Source of the DNA: a virus
Direction: 5' to 3' (one strand)
Length of the DNA stretch: 64,000 nucleotides
Virus record (IMG/VR): IMGVR_UViG_3300033144_006696
Coordinates: 1-64,000 of that record
The notes under the pieces were generated by a model. The model saw only the letters and a program-made list of their open reading frames with translations, had not been told where the DNA came from and made no database searches. This document shows, piece by piece, positions 46,001-55,257 of the stretch; the first letter of the stretch is position 1; the number at the start of each line of letters is the position of its first letter. Made by a program: the position numbers and the translations under genes.

Positions 46001-48313
46001 GAAGCTAATGCCATCAAAACTGAACAAGCTAATTTTATTTTAAAATTAAATCAAGCAAAAGAATTAAAGCAAGCTGAGATTGCCAATGGCGTTTCTAAAA
46101 AAGATGCTGCTGAAAAATATTATGCCACTGAACGAAAATTAATTGAAGGATCTGTTGATGTAGGAAAACATGCTGCTGAATCAAGACTCATCCAAAATGC
46201 TGCAATGCTTGCCAAATTAACTTCAGACACACAAAATGAATTAGATAAAAAAGCTGAACAATACAAAGGTAATGCAGATTTAATAGAGAAGTATCATAGT
46301 GAAATTAGAATAAAGTTTAGGGCAAAAGAAGCAGAGTTACTAGCTGGCACATTTGTAGATGAGAAAGTCCGAGAAGCTGAGTATAAAACTCATCTAAATA
46401 GATTGAAAACTGACCATTCAAAGTATATAAATGAATTGGCAATTCAGGAATCTCAAGGTCTTATTACAAACAAAGAATTTAACAGATTGAAATTAGAAGA
46501 TAATGTTAAATTAAACCAAGAATTATTAGATCTTGCAGTAGCACATACTGATGCAATTAAAGAAGAAGACACAGTAAAATGGGAAAAAAGTAATGCTGCA
46601 CAATTAAAAGCAGAACAAAATCTTTACAAATCAAAATTAGCAATGACTGTTGCTTATAACAAAGAAGTGGTTAATCTGAATAAAGATATCACTGATGCTG
46701 ATGAAGATTATAAAAAGAAAAGAATAAAGATAGAAGAAGATCTTAGGAACAAACTTAAGTCAATTGATAAAGAAATTGTAGATAATAGAAAAGCTCTTGC
46801 TGCTGAAACTGCATCTGATGAAATTGATTTAGCTGAAAAAGCAAATGTCAAATGGCGTGAAAGTAATGACATTAAATCAGGTGGTGATAGAGATAGAATT
46901 AAAGCATATGATAAAATTAAACAGGCAAGTGAATTATTACATCAAGCTGAAGCGGAAGGTGATGAAGGAAAATTAGCAAATGCTTTAAAGTTAATTAAAC
47001 AGTCAGAAACTCTTGCTGATGGATTAGATAATCAAACTCAATCTGCGGCTGCTTTGAGAGAAGTTCTAAAAGCCACATCAAAAGCAAGAGATGTTAAATA
47101 TGAAATTAAAGAACTGGAACTTCTTAAAAAGAAAAATGAGGAAATTGCAGATGCTGCCGCAGATCAAGCAAAAGAAAAAGAACTATATAAGGTTAAAATA
47201 ACTGAAGCCACTAAAGCATTAAAAATTATCACTAATCTTGAAAAAATCAGATATGATGCAGAAATTGCACACATAAATGCTGCAAATGCTTTAAAGATTA
47301 AGAATGAACGATTGAGGGCTGAGTATGCTGCTCTTGGAGAGGATTTTTACCTAACTGAAGCACAATACATTGCTGCAAGAGGTGTTGAGTTAGCAAAGCA
47401 AAGCAAAACAGAAATACAAGCTTCTACGGAACTTCTTGAAGCAGAGAAACAAAAAGCACAAATTAAAAGAGATGCTGCTGATTATGTTGCTTCTGGTGGA
47501 TCTATGAGTGAAGAAGAATACATCAAAAGTACAACAGAGGCTTTAAAAACAAAACATAACCAAGTAATGGCTGATACTAAGACTGAAGCTGATGCCATAA
47601 ATAAAATTGCAGAAGATAATAAACCAATTGAAATTATTGATCTAACTGATCTTGGCTTTACTGTACAAAAAGCTGAAGAAATTATAAAAAGAGGAATTAC
47701 AGAAGATGATCTTCAGTTAATGATAAGTGCAAAAATGAGAGTCAATCCTGAAGGCTCTGTTCCAGAAATGGTTGAATGGACAAAAAACAAAATTAATGAA
47801 ATTACAGAAAATGTGATTGATGTTTTGATTAATATTATTGGGATTGATAAAATAGATGATCTCAAAAATAAAATAGATAGTTTAAAAGATAAAACAGTCA
47901 CTATTACTACAAAATATAAATCAACAGGTGATAAACCTTCCGGATACGCTACAGGTGGTAGACTTCCTGGATTTGGCGGTGGTGATAGAATACCAATTCT
48001 TGGTGAAGCAGGTGAATGGATAATAAATAAACTTGCTGTTCAAAAATATGGTGATAGCTTTTTATCTAAATTGAATAATATGAGTCTTCCTAAATTTCAA
48101 AATGGTGGTTCAATATCACCATCTGTTTCTACAACATCTAATATTTCCAATGTGATAAATAAAACAGGATCGGATATTTTTTCAAAGATAAATGATTTTG
48201 GTAAAATTATTCTTGATACTGGTAATATGAAAGTTCCTGTTATTGCACATAAGAGTGTAATAACAGAATTAAGTAGTCATTTAAGAAAATCTTCATTAAT
48301 GGGGGTTAATTAA
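43049..48313 (+). CDS. Tape measure protein (TP901-like core)
   Basis: YDQALKDLQAITGAT...STKFSASEIAEG...QAGF; A.GG..PG.G.GD.IP...EAGEW..N near C-terminus; 1754 aa. Confidence 0.95.
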   Translation: MADTKRTAEIVLKITGFDPALLKPLISAFEGISKAVDNVATKVKSFQDTLTTIKTPASLNTIVKHFQSLEAIKLHAIGTFVNNLKKINDVNATGFKTFVTQMTKLAGLTIPSLLAFKNNITALNKIKKLPDLTPFATALKSLSGIGNITVLTSFVTQMTKLARLTIPSFTKFVTDLKNLVKVDLTGVVANLKAFNNAIVKLEKAGSLDAFKKLATDVNSLKTALAGVAADVNKTAKAVSNAGKRSREASIGLTGFTEKLKSFVEKFRTVATFRSISEVILLVKAAFISGLAAIIEYDQALKDLQAITGATSLEVSQMGTKILEVASSTKFSASEIAEGMRVIGQAGFSASDAIQTMQSISDLATGTLSTMASTVDLVTTAMRVFQIDASQSSQIVDVFANAVNKSKLTIDKLRTAMNYVGPIAKASGIDFKELSAAMGTLANSGLRASTMGTGLRRIFAELVSPSKSLRVAAKEAGVALNELDPTSNSLASVLGNLRLVLDDSSAAFDIFGKRGAAAVLALVGNKGDFRTMLDTVSKTGTAAKMAAIQMEGLGVSFKNLRDRLGVLAIAFGEGGISGAMRVFITVVKGLIISLTYLAETTFGKMVIGLGILVTSITAVSLAFVGLKAATNFIVMHSAIKLLVAEWASAALFFETSMSGLFAIVIKNPIILAIIGTVAALAGIAAVINHTIGNTKELAGEAAKLADKYGTLTDTVNNYKISLIGLDKGSKEVKEANLALRNSLLVTKNEFIELNAEALAVVASINAIDGSVTDGGKALDIYADKLNVLQKNKLVTSTELANKSLQEQTGLISQLGNKFSDLGKMIFMASSELEAFKAKQKEINEYSDLLSKGFDKSGISFEDLGNKILSWDHTKLTSQQEEIIRSYEFINEQSSKYVDWLVKTNQVGLDNTVQSFQDLAEDAGLTGVALTSVVEKLTAFKKVSAEGFSNRIEKWEKDIKNADGSLKDYIATYLKLNGAATDAEKIEANAIKTEQANFILKLNQAKELKQAEIANGVSKKDAAEKYYATERKLIEGSVDVGKHAAESRLIQNAAMLAKLTSDTQNELDKKAEQYKGNADLIEKYHSEIRIKFRAKEAELLAGTFVDEKVREAEYKTHLNRLKTDHSKYINELAIQESQGLITNKEFNRLKLEDNVKLNQELLDLAVAHTDAIKEEDTVKWEKSNAAQLKAEQNLYKSKLAMTVAYNKEVVNLNKDITDADEDYKKKRIKIEEDLRNKLKSIDKEIVDNRKALAAETASDEIDLAEKANVKWRESNDIKSGGDRDRIKAYDKIKQASELLHQAEAEGDEGKLANALKLIKQSETLADGLDNQTQSAAALREVLKATSKARDVKYEIKELELLKKKNEEIADAAADQAKEKELYKVKITEATKALKIITNLEKIRYDAEIAHINAANALKIKNERLRAEYAALGEDFYLTEAQYIAARGVELAKQSKTEIQASTELLEAEKQKAQIKRDAADYVASGGSMSEEEYIKSTTEALKTKHNQVMADTKTEADAINKIAEDNKPIEIIDLTDLGFTVQKAEEIIKRGITEDDLQLMISAKMRVNPEGSVPEMVEWTKNKINEITENVIDVLINIIGIDKIDDLKNKIDSLKDKTVTITTKYKSTGDKPSGYATGGRLPGFGGGDRIPILGEAGEWIINKLAVQKYGDSFLSKLNNMSLPKFQNGGSISPSVSTTSNISNVINKTGSDIFSKINDFGKIILDTGNMKVPVIAHKSVITELSSHLRKSSLMGVN

Positions 48314-48690
48314 TGAGTGTTTTAATAGATTCAATTGATGTTACTGGATTAATAAAGGAGGATTTATTTCCTACTGGTATTCAAACTGTTTCTGAAATTT
48401 CCAGTGCAGGTTCTCAAATTATATATGAACGACCAATATTGTTTTTCCAATCTGATTTATTAGGAGGTGCTGATTTTGGATGGTTAACATTATCTGTTAT
48501 GGAAAGTTTACAAGTTCTTGCTAAAGTGATAGGTGCTTCATATGTACTTAATTATGAAGGTACTTTAACCAATGTTAGATTTAGAACTGAAGAACCTCCA
48601 GTAGTGTATGGAGAAAAATTGATAAATCGCTCTAATCAGATTACTTCTGATTATTATAACAATATTGTTTTAAAATTAATGGAGGTTTAA
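48313..48690 (+). CDS. Putative tail (distal-tail-like) protein
   Basis: Directly follows tape measure. Confidence 0.55.
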   Translation: MSVLIDSIDVTGLIKEDLFPTGIQTVSEISSAGSQIIYERPILFFQSDLLGGADFGWLTLSVMESLQVLAKVIGASYVLNYEGTLTNVRFRTEEPPVVYGEKLINRSNQITSDYYNNIVLKLMEV

Positions 48691-48692
48691 AA

Positions 48693-50135
48693 ATGACTAT
48701 TTCTTTAACTGATATTACTTACAAGAAATCAAAGGTTATTACTGATACTACTGCTAATGGTGGAAGAATGGGAGATACCACTGTAGTTTCTGGTGCTAAA
48801 CATTCTCTTTTTCCAAGGGTAACTAAATCAGAAAGAATAAATGGAACTACAAGATATAGAAAAGAATTCTGGAAAAATGCCCAAGCAGACGATGATATAG
48901 CATATGGTGTTCTTCAGTGGATTGAAGTCCCAAGTAATGCTGGTGATCGTTTTTATATGAAAAAAGGAACTTCTATTGATACTCAAAATGGATTAACAAC
49001 TCCCGCTGCTGGAACTGTTCACCAATGGATTGGGGGTGGTCAATTAGAAACTGCTCTTTCTGGGTCTGAAACTTCTGTTGCTATTACAATGGAAAGTGAT
49101 GATTATGTTTTTGAAAATGGTGCATATCTTCATATTGCAGACAAAGTACAAGCTTCTCAAACTGTAGCTGCTGATGTAGTTGTTGGGGATTCTATTACTT
49201 TTGGAACTTCTTGGACAAAAATCACTTCAACAACTGATATCACATATCCGAATGGGGTTTATATTGGTGATAATGCTGTCCTTTCTTTGAAAACGACAAC
49301 AAATGAAGAATGGCTTACTATTGCTGAAAATCTTTATTCTGATGAAAGTATTAGTACTGGAGATGGGACAACTGAAGTTGTTCTTTCAACTTTAACTAAT
49401 AAGACAAATGGAATTTGTCAAGTTGTTGGGAAACTCCCTGTAATATCTTCTTTAACGGCTGCTGACGCTGCGTTGACAGTCTATTTGAATCAAGATGGCA
49501 CTGTTATCACTGCCACAAGTGATGCAAGTGCTGGAGAGCTTAATATGACAACGGGTGTTTGGACTACTGATATTACTTGGACAAGTGCTCCTGGTGCTGG
49601 AAAAGATGTCACATGTACTTATCAAGAGAAACCTTATTCTTATAGTGGTAATGTTGCTACAGTAGCTTTGGATGATCAAGTTGCAAATGTTTATACTACT
49701 GCTATGACCCGATGCTCTGCATGTCTTTATAATGCTGAAATAGTTTCCAGTGTCGATAGTCAAGTTGTCACAACTGTTGGTGATGGTGATTTTGATTATA
49801 CTACTTACCCGATTGTTGCTCATAATGAAGGTGCTGAACAAGATACTATTACAATAACTTTTAGTAGTGGTTCTGCTTTTGCTGTTGTCGGAACAAATCT
49901 TGGTGCGATTACAACTGGAACTACTTCTGTTGATGTTACTGCTGTAAATCCAGATACCAGTGAAGATTTATTTTTTCTTGATGCTACTGGATGGTCTGGA
50001 ACATGGGCTTCTGGGGATACTTTAGTTTTTGAACTTTATGAATCAGCTCAAAGTGTTTGGCTTAAAGAAGTGGTTCCTGTTTCTACTACACAAGAACCAC
50101 ATAATCTTTGTGTAATTGGTTTTTATCTTGAGTAA
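48693..50135 (+). CDS. Tail structural protein
   Basis: NGG.MG....SG....LFP.V...ER..G....RK.F motif; Thr/Gly-rich beta composition. Confidence 0.65.
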   Translation: MTISLTDITYKKSKVITDTTANGGRMGDTTVVSGAKHSLFPRVTKSERINGTTRYRKEFWKNAQADDDIAYGVLQWIEVPSNAGDRFYMKKGTSIDTQNGLTTPAAGTVHQWIGGGQLETALSGSETSVAITMESDDYVFENGAYLHIADKVQASQTVAADVVVGDSITFGTSWTKITSTTDITYPNGVYIGDNAVLSLKTTTNEEWLTIAENLYSDESISTGDGTTEVVLSTLTNKTNGICQVVGKLPVISSLTAADAALTVYLNQDGTVITATSDASAGELNMTTGVWTTDITWTSAPGAGKDVTCTYQEKPYSYSGNVATVALDDQVANVYTTAMTRCSACLYNAEIVSSVDSQVVTTVGDGDFDYTTYPIVAHNEGAEQDTITITFSSGSAFAVVGTNLGAITTGTTSVDVTAVNPDTSEDLFFLDATGWSGTWASGDTLVFELYESAQSVWLKEVVPVSTTQEPHNLCVIGFYLE

Positions 50136-50148
50136 TTATATTAGAGAG

Positions 50149-50172
50149 ATGGGCAGTTTAATTACTGCCCAT
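50149..50172. terminator. 9-bp hairpin
   Basis: ATGGGCAGT-TTAATT-ACTGCCCAT. Confidence 0.55.
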
Positions 50173-50181
50173 AAATAAATT

Positions 50182-50475
50182 ATGGCTTTGGGTAAAATAA
50201 AATTTACTATTGATAATACAAAAGTAAACTCAATATTAACTGATTTTCCAGTCATGGTTCAATTATTCAGTTTTATTGGAACGGGTACTTATAATGGTAC
50301 GCAAATTTTTATTGATCTAACATCAAATTGGTAAAAAATAAAGTTTACAAATCTTAGTGGCACTGAACTTTATGTAGAGAAAGAAAAGTGGGATGATATT
50401 GGAAAAGAAGTTGCTTTTCATGTAAAAATAGATTTCATATTGAGTTCTATAAATACCATTTTTTATCTTGAGTAA
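50182..50475 (+). pseudogene. DUF2341-like domain fragment with in-frame stop
   Basis: MALGKIKFTIDNTKVNSILTDFPVMV...NW*KIKFT...ELYVEKEKWD...FHVK...IFYLE; TAA at 50332-50334. Confidence 0.65.
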
Positions 50476-50525
50476 CAATAAATGAGGGTAAAACCCTCCT
50501 TATTTTTTATAATATTGGAGATAAA

Positions 50526-53500
50526 ATGCCTTATTTTTCATTTAATCCATCATATGTGTCTGATATTTCTTTATGGCTTGATGCAGATGATGATAGTACT
50601 ATTACTATTGATACCGGGGTTTCTATATGGGAGGATAAATCAGGAAATGAAAATGATGCAACACAAAGTACTTCTTCATATCAACCTACTATAAATACAG
50701 GTTCTCTTAATGGAAAAAATACAGTTTTATTTTCTGGATTAAGTCAAAAAATAATATGGGATTCATTAGAACCTCATTCGTATTTATCTGTTTGTAAATG
50801 GACTGATGCTTTAGGATCATATAGACATTTTATTAATTTTTTTCATGGTCATATAGATGGGTCTTTAATTTTTTCTTCTGTATATTGCCCCGCTGGATAT
50901 GGGGGAAGTGCCTTTGTAAATGGAATAGCCGCTTTAGGGTCAGCTCTTCCCAGAAATACATCTTGGGAAATTTTAGATGTTATTCCTTTAGAAAGTGAAA
51001 CATATTCAATAGAGGGTACTGGTGCTCAAGATGGATTTCCAACAAGAGCTTTTTACGGTGAAATAGCAGAAATAATAATTTTTGATGTGGAACCGTCTAC
51101 AGAAAATAGACAAAAAATAGAAGGGTATCTTGCTCATAAATGGGCTCTTACTTCAGGACTTGCTATAGGTCACCCATATAAGACAGAAGAACCTACTATA
51201 TATATCCCTACGTTAAGTGAACCTTCGTTATTTGTAATGTATAATGCCCTTGATGAAATAAGATGTGCATTTATTTCAAAAAATTCATTGGGAACATTAA
51301 TAGAAAATAATAATATAGATAATTCATTAGGTGATGAAAAAATATTTTCAATTTTAGATTCATTATCTATTGATCAAATTTTTTCTATTATATTTGAATA
51401 TGGTACTGTAATTTATAATGCTTTTTCTATTTTTTCTTCTTTATGTTTAGATGAAAATAATAAAAAAATTGGATTTTCATTAGGGGAAGAAAAAATAGAA
51501 AAAATATTTTTTTCTTTATCTATTTTACAAGAAAATAATTTTATTATAAATGAAGTTATTTCTCTTCTTAGATATAATCTATTGAATTCTTCAATAGGTG
51601 AAAGTACTATAAATAAAATTATTTCATCTTTTGAACTTTTAACTTCTTTTCTTTCTTTTAAATTCATTTATGGAGTTGATTTTTTACTTGAAGTTTTTAA
51701 TAAAAGAAATTCATTAGGGGAAAATGTAGAATTTAAAAATCTTTTTGGAATAACTGATTCATATAATTTTTTGATTAAAAATCAATACGGTACTTATCTA
51801 GAAAATTTTCTTAGTGTTTTGAATGAAGTTAAAGGGGTTTATGAAGATAGAACTTCAGCATATACACAAGCTTTAAATAATATATTATTGATTAATGATC
51901 CATTATCTTCAAATCAATTAATAAAATCAACTTTTGAGTTATTAACTTCTAAACAAGATTTATTTAATATTATAACAAAAGGATTTGATGGTTATTTAAG
52001 TATTATTAATCAATTAAACCTTAATGATCCATTATCTTCAAATCAATTAATAAAATCAACTTTTGAGTTATTGATATCTAATGATTTAATAAAAAATATT
52101 ATTTCAGAAGGAATAAATAATAAACAATCCATAGTAAATACTCTTTCTACTTCTATTGAACGAAATCAGAAAATTATAAATGACATTTCTAATCTATCAG
52201 GTTTATTGAAAAATTTTTTGATAAAAGGTTCTATTTATGAATTACCGACAAAGTTTTATTCTTATGATGTAAAAGTTTATTTAGATGGAATAAATATTTC
52301 TTCAATGGTTTCTTCTGATATAACAATTGAAAAAGATCAAAGGAATATTCATAATTCAATTTCTTTTTCCTCTATTTCGGAAGTTTTATTTAATAAAGCA
52401 AATCCAAGTATTTTGGAAGGACAAATAAGGATTGAGGTTCAAATAGATTCTTCTGTTATGTATTTTCTTCTTGAAGAAAGAAGTTTTACTTCTGATGGAA
52501 CAGTAAGTTATTGGGGAAGAGATGCAACTGCAAGAGATAATTCTCCATGGTCTAACTCAATGAATGTTATTTTATATGAATGGCAATCAGCAAAAGATTT
52601 AGTTGAATCATTAGTTGATTATTCTGCAATTGATTGGGAAATATTTGATTGGCAGCTTCCTAATACATTTGAAGCTACAGGAACTCCAGTAGAAATCATA
52701 AGTATAATTGCTTCTGAAATTGGAGCTATTGTTAGAGCACAAGATGATGGGAGTTTGTGCATAAGATATCCATACCCAATTCGTCCAGTTGATATAAAAA
52801 CTTCACAATCAGTTTATTCTTATTCAAGTGATATTGTTTATGGGGAAAGTTTCTCTGAAGAGAATGGTGATTGGTATAATCAAGTAACTGTGACTGCTGA
52901 CACTAATGATAAAACAGCACCTCAGCTTGAATTAGAAGATGTTGTTGATGGAGAAAGAATTATAGGAACTACTTCATATGTAAGGGCCTTTTATTATGAA
53001 GATCCAGAAGAAGCCCCTTCAATTACTTCTCAAGATATTACTGATGGGTTCATAACTTTTATAAAAAAAGATGTAGAAGAAATAACAGAAATAATAACCT
53101 TTTCAAATGGTTCAGGGTCTTCTTCTTATCCATTGAAAACAAGAAAAAGTGTATCTTGGTTAGGAAGAGAAAATACAATCTTAACATGGAATGAGTATTC
53201 AACTGATATTACTTTAGAGACAGAAGATTATTGCCTTGCAGAAATAACATATGACTCTGAATATCATCGTTATAAAGCGTCGGGACATAACGTAGAGGAG
53301 CTTTTGACAATCTTTGAGATAGAGAGTACATACTATTCATCTATACTCGTTAAAACAGATTCTATTGCTTCTATAGGGGATAAAGAAGGAGATGAAATAA
53401 CAACCTCTTATTTAACAGAAGAATTTGCTTTAGTAAAAAGAGGGGAAAATTGGATTGATGATAATAAATATAATATCAAAATAATCTCATTTAATTCTTC

Positions 53501-53648
53501 ATATATTTCAACTGTAAAAGATGGGGATGTTATTTGGCTTGATATAGGTAAAATCCCTTCTGGAAATTATCAAGTTATTTCAAATGGAATTATAATAAAT
53601 GGACCGAAAGTTATTAATAATATGACGGTGAAACAATGGGAAGTATAA
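50526..53648 (+). CDS. Tail tip protein with N-terminal LamG-like domain
   Basis: LWLDADD...VS.WEDKSGN..DATQ....QPT; GEIAEIII...RQKIEGYLAHKW. Confidence 0.7.
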   Translation: MPYFSFNPSYVSDISLWLDADDDSTITIDTGVSIWEDKSGNENDATQSTSSYQPTINTGSLNGKNTVLFSGLSQKIIWDSLEPHSYLSVCKWTDALGSYRHFINFFHGHIDGSLIFSSVYCPAGYGGSAFVNGIAALGSALPRNTSWEILDVIPLESETYSIEGTGAQDGFPTRAFYGEIAEIIIFDVEPSTENRQKIEGYLAHKWALTSGLAIGHPYKTEEPTIYIPTLSEPSLFVMYNALDEIRCAFISKNSLGTLIENNNIDNSLGDEKIFSILDSLSIDQIFSIIFEYGTVIYNAFSIFSSLCLDENNKKIGFSLGEEKIEKIFFSLSILQENNFIINEVISLLRYNLLNSSIGESTINKIISSFELLTSFLSFKFIYGVDFLLEVFNKRNSLGENVEFKNLFGITDSYNFLIKNQYGTYLENFLSVLNEVKGVYEDRTSAYTQALNNILLINDPLSSNQLIKSTFELLTSKQDLFNIITKGFDGYLSIINQLNLNDPLSSNQLIKSTFELLISNDLIKNIISEGINNKQSIVNTLSTSIERNQKIINDISNLSGLLKNFLIKGSIYELPTKFYSYDVKVYLDGINISSMVSSDITIEKDQRNIHNSISFSSISEVLFNKANPSILEGQIRIEVQIDSSVMYFLLEERSFTSDGTVSYWGRDATARDNSPWSNSMNVILYEWQSAKDLVESLVDYSAIDWEIFDWQLPNTFEATGTPVEIISIIASEIGAIVRAQDDGSLCIRYPYPIRPVDIKTSQSVYSYSSDIVYGESFSEENGDWYNQVTVTADTNDKTAPQLELEDVVDGERIIGTTSYVRAFYYEDPEEAPSITSQDITDGFITFIKKDVEEITEIITFSNGSGSSSYPLKTRKSVSWLGRENTILTWNEYSTDITLETEDYCLAEITYDSEYHRYKASGHNVEELLTIFEIESTYYSSILVKTDSIASIGDKEGDEITTSYLTEEFALVKRGENWIDDNKYNIKIISFNSSYISTVKDGDVIWLDIGKIPSGNYQVISNGIIINGPKVINNMTVKQWEV
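51892..52072 (+). repeat. 52-bp exact direct repeat, 129 bp apart
   Basis: TTAATGATCC...TTTTGAGTTATT at 51892-51943 and 52021-52072. Confidence 0.9.
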
Positions 53649-53893
53649 ATGATTTATTTACACAAAAACAAGAAGTCACTCTTGCGAGAGTAACTGGATT
53701 TGGTTCTTCTGGAGAATTTAAAGTCTCTATTAGTGGTATTATACGAAGAGTAAATTCTGCTGCAAATGAAATTATAAAAATAGGAGATACTGTTCTTTTG
53801 AATAAAACTCCTCATGGAAAATATTATATTGTAGGAAAAACAACTGGATTAGGAAATTCAAAAAACATAAAGGAGATTACAAGAAATGGCTGA
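53636..53893 (+). CDS. Small tail protein (OB-fold-like)
   Basis: ORF in tail module. Confidence 0.55.
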   Translation: MGSINDLFTQKQEVTLARVTGFGSSGEFKVSISGIIRRVNSAANEIIKIGDTVLLNKTPHGKYYIVGKTTGLGNSKNIKEITRNG

Positions 53894-54446
53894 TACCTCT
53901 TTAACTATAAGTTTTTCAACACAAGTAGATGGGACGGATGATGACGGAAACGATCTTTTTATTGATATTGAATTAGATGATGAATTAAATGGTGATATTT
54001 CCACTTTTGAATTTGGAGCTACTGTTTATTTAAGGGTATTTACAAATTGTTCTATCATTGATTTTTATCCAAGTGAAGGGACTGTATTACCAACATCTAC
54101 TTCCCTTCCCCCTACAGATGGACCAGCAGAAATTTCAGAAATTATTACGTTTACACAACCTCCTGAATCTGCTGGTGGAGTAGTGGCAGATAATACAGCA
54201 TCATTATCTTATCCTGCTTCTTCTGGTTTTTCTGCTGTTAAATTAGGAAGTGGAGCAGGATGTGGTTCTATTTCACTTAGTTCTACTGACTCAAGCACGG
54301 CAGTTGCAAGTCAAGCTGGTCCTGGTGTTTATACAGCAACATATAATGCAGTATATGCAAGTAAAAATATTATAGGTCCTGCTGCTCCTATTGGATGGGA
54401 TAATGAAGAAACTTACCCTGTTGTAGTTGTTGTTGTGGGATCATAA
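53886..54446 (+). CDS. Tail protein
   Basis: ORF in tail module. Confidence 0.6.
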   Translation: MADTSLTISFSTQVDGTDDDGNDLFIDIELDDELNGDISTFEFGATVYLRVFTNCSIIDFYPSEGTVLPTSTSLPPTDGPAEISEIITFTQPPESAGGVVADNTASLSYPASSGFSAVKLGSGAGCGSISLSSTDSSTAVASQAGPGVYTATYNAVYASKNIIGPAAPIGWDNEETYPVVVVVVGS

Positions 54447-54456
54447 GGAGATATTT

Positions 54457-55254
54457 ATGGCTTTTGACTCTTCAATTATTAATTTTTCAAATGAACTTTC
54501 TTCTGGCTCTCTTTCTACTGAATTAGAACTTGACAGTGATTACCATATTTCTTTGTATGGATCTGAAAAATCATCTTTTACAAAAAATGAATTAGTCTAT
54601 TTAAAAATTAAACCAATTTATACTTTAGAACCATATACTATTCAAACATCAGAAGGAACTTGTGTAAAAAATAGTCAAGGAAATATAAAAGAATTTATTG
54701 AATTTTTATCTTTTCTAAATACAACTTATGAATATTTATCACAAGAACCAATTGGGAATGTTTCTACTGAATGGACTGTTGGTAATGGTGGTTCTGTTTT
54801 AAAAGATGGAAAAATTATGTCTATCAATTCTCCAACATTGGGAATTTTAAAATGTACTTATAATGTATATTTTGATAGATTAAAATTAACAACTCCTTCT
54901 AATTTTACTGGTACTGAAATACTTGTAATAGCTGGTTCTGAATTATACGGTTATTCTAATTTATCTATCACTTATTATGATGAAGATTCAGGAGAAGGAA
55001 CTGGAGTAATTACTGATATATCTTTAATGGTTAAAGATATTATGACAGATAATGTTATTTCTGGAGCTACTGTTATTATTTCAAAAAGTGGTATAATTCT
55101 TTATACAGGAACTTCAGATTCATCAGGACAAGTGGCTGTTATTGGTATTTGTGTAACAGGAGAAACTTATGATGTAAAAACTACCGCACCTTTATATTTT
55201 GGTTCTGATGAAGATTATCTTAATAATGATTCTTTTACAGTTCCAGCGGGGTAA
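54457..55254 (+). CDS. Tail protein
   Basis: ATG 54457 with AAGGAG SD; paralogous architecture to preceding gene. Confidence 0.6.
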   Translation: MAFDSSIINFSNELSSGSLSTELELDSDYHISLYGSEKSSFTKNELVYLKIKPIYTLEPYTIQTSEGTCVKNSQGNIKEFIEFLSFLNTTYEYLSQEPIGNVSTEWTVGNGGSVLKDGKIMSINSPTLGILKCTYNVYFDRLKLTTPSNFTGTEILVIAGSELYGYSNLSITYYDEDSGEGTGVITDISLMVKDIMTDNVISGATVIISKSGIILYTGTSDSSGQVAVIGICVTGETYDVKTTAPLYFGSDEDYLNNDSFTVPAG

Positions 55255-55257
55255 ATT

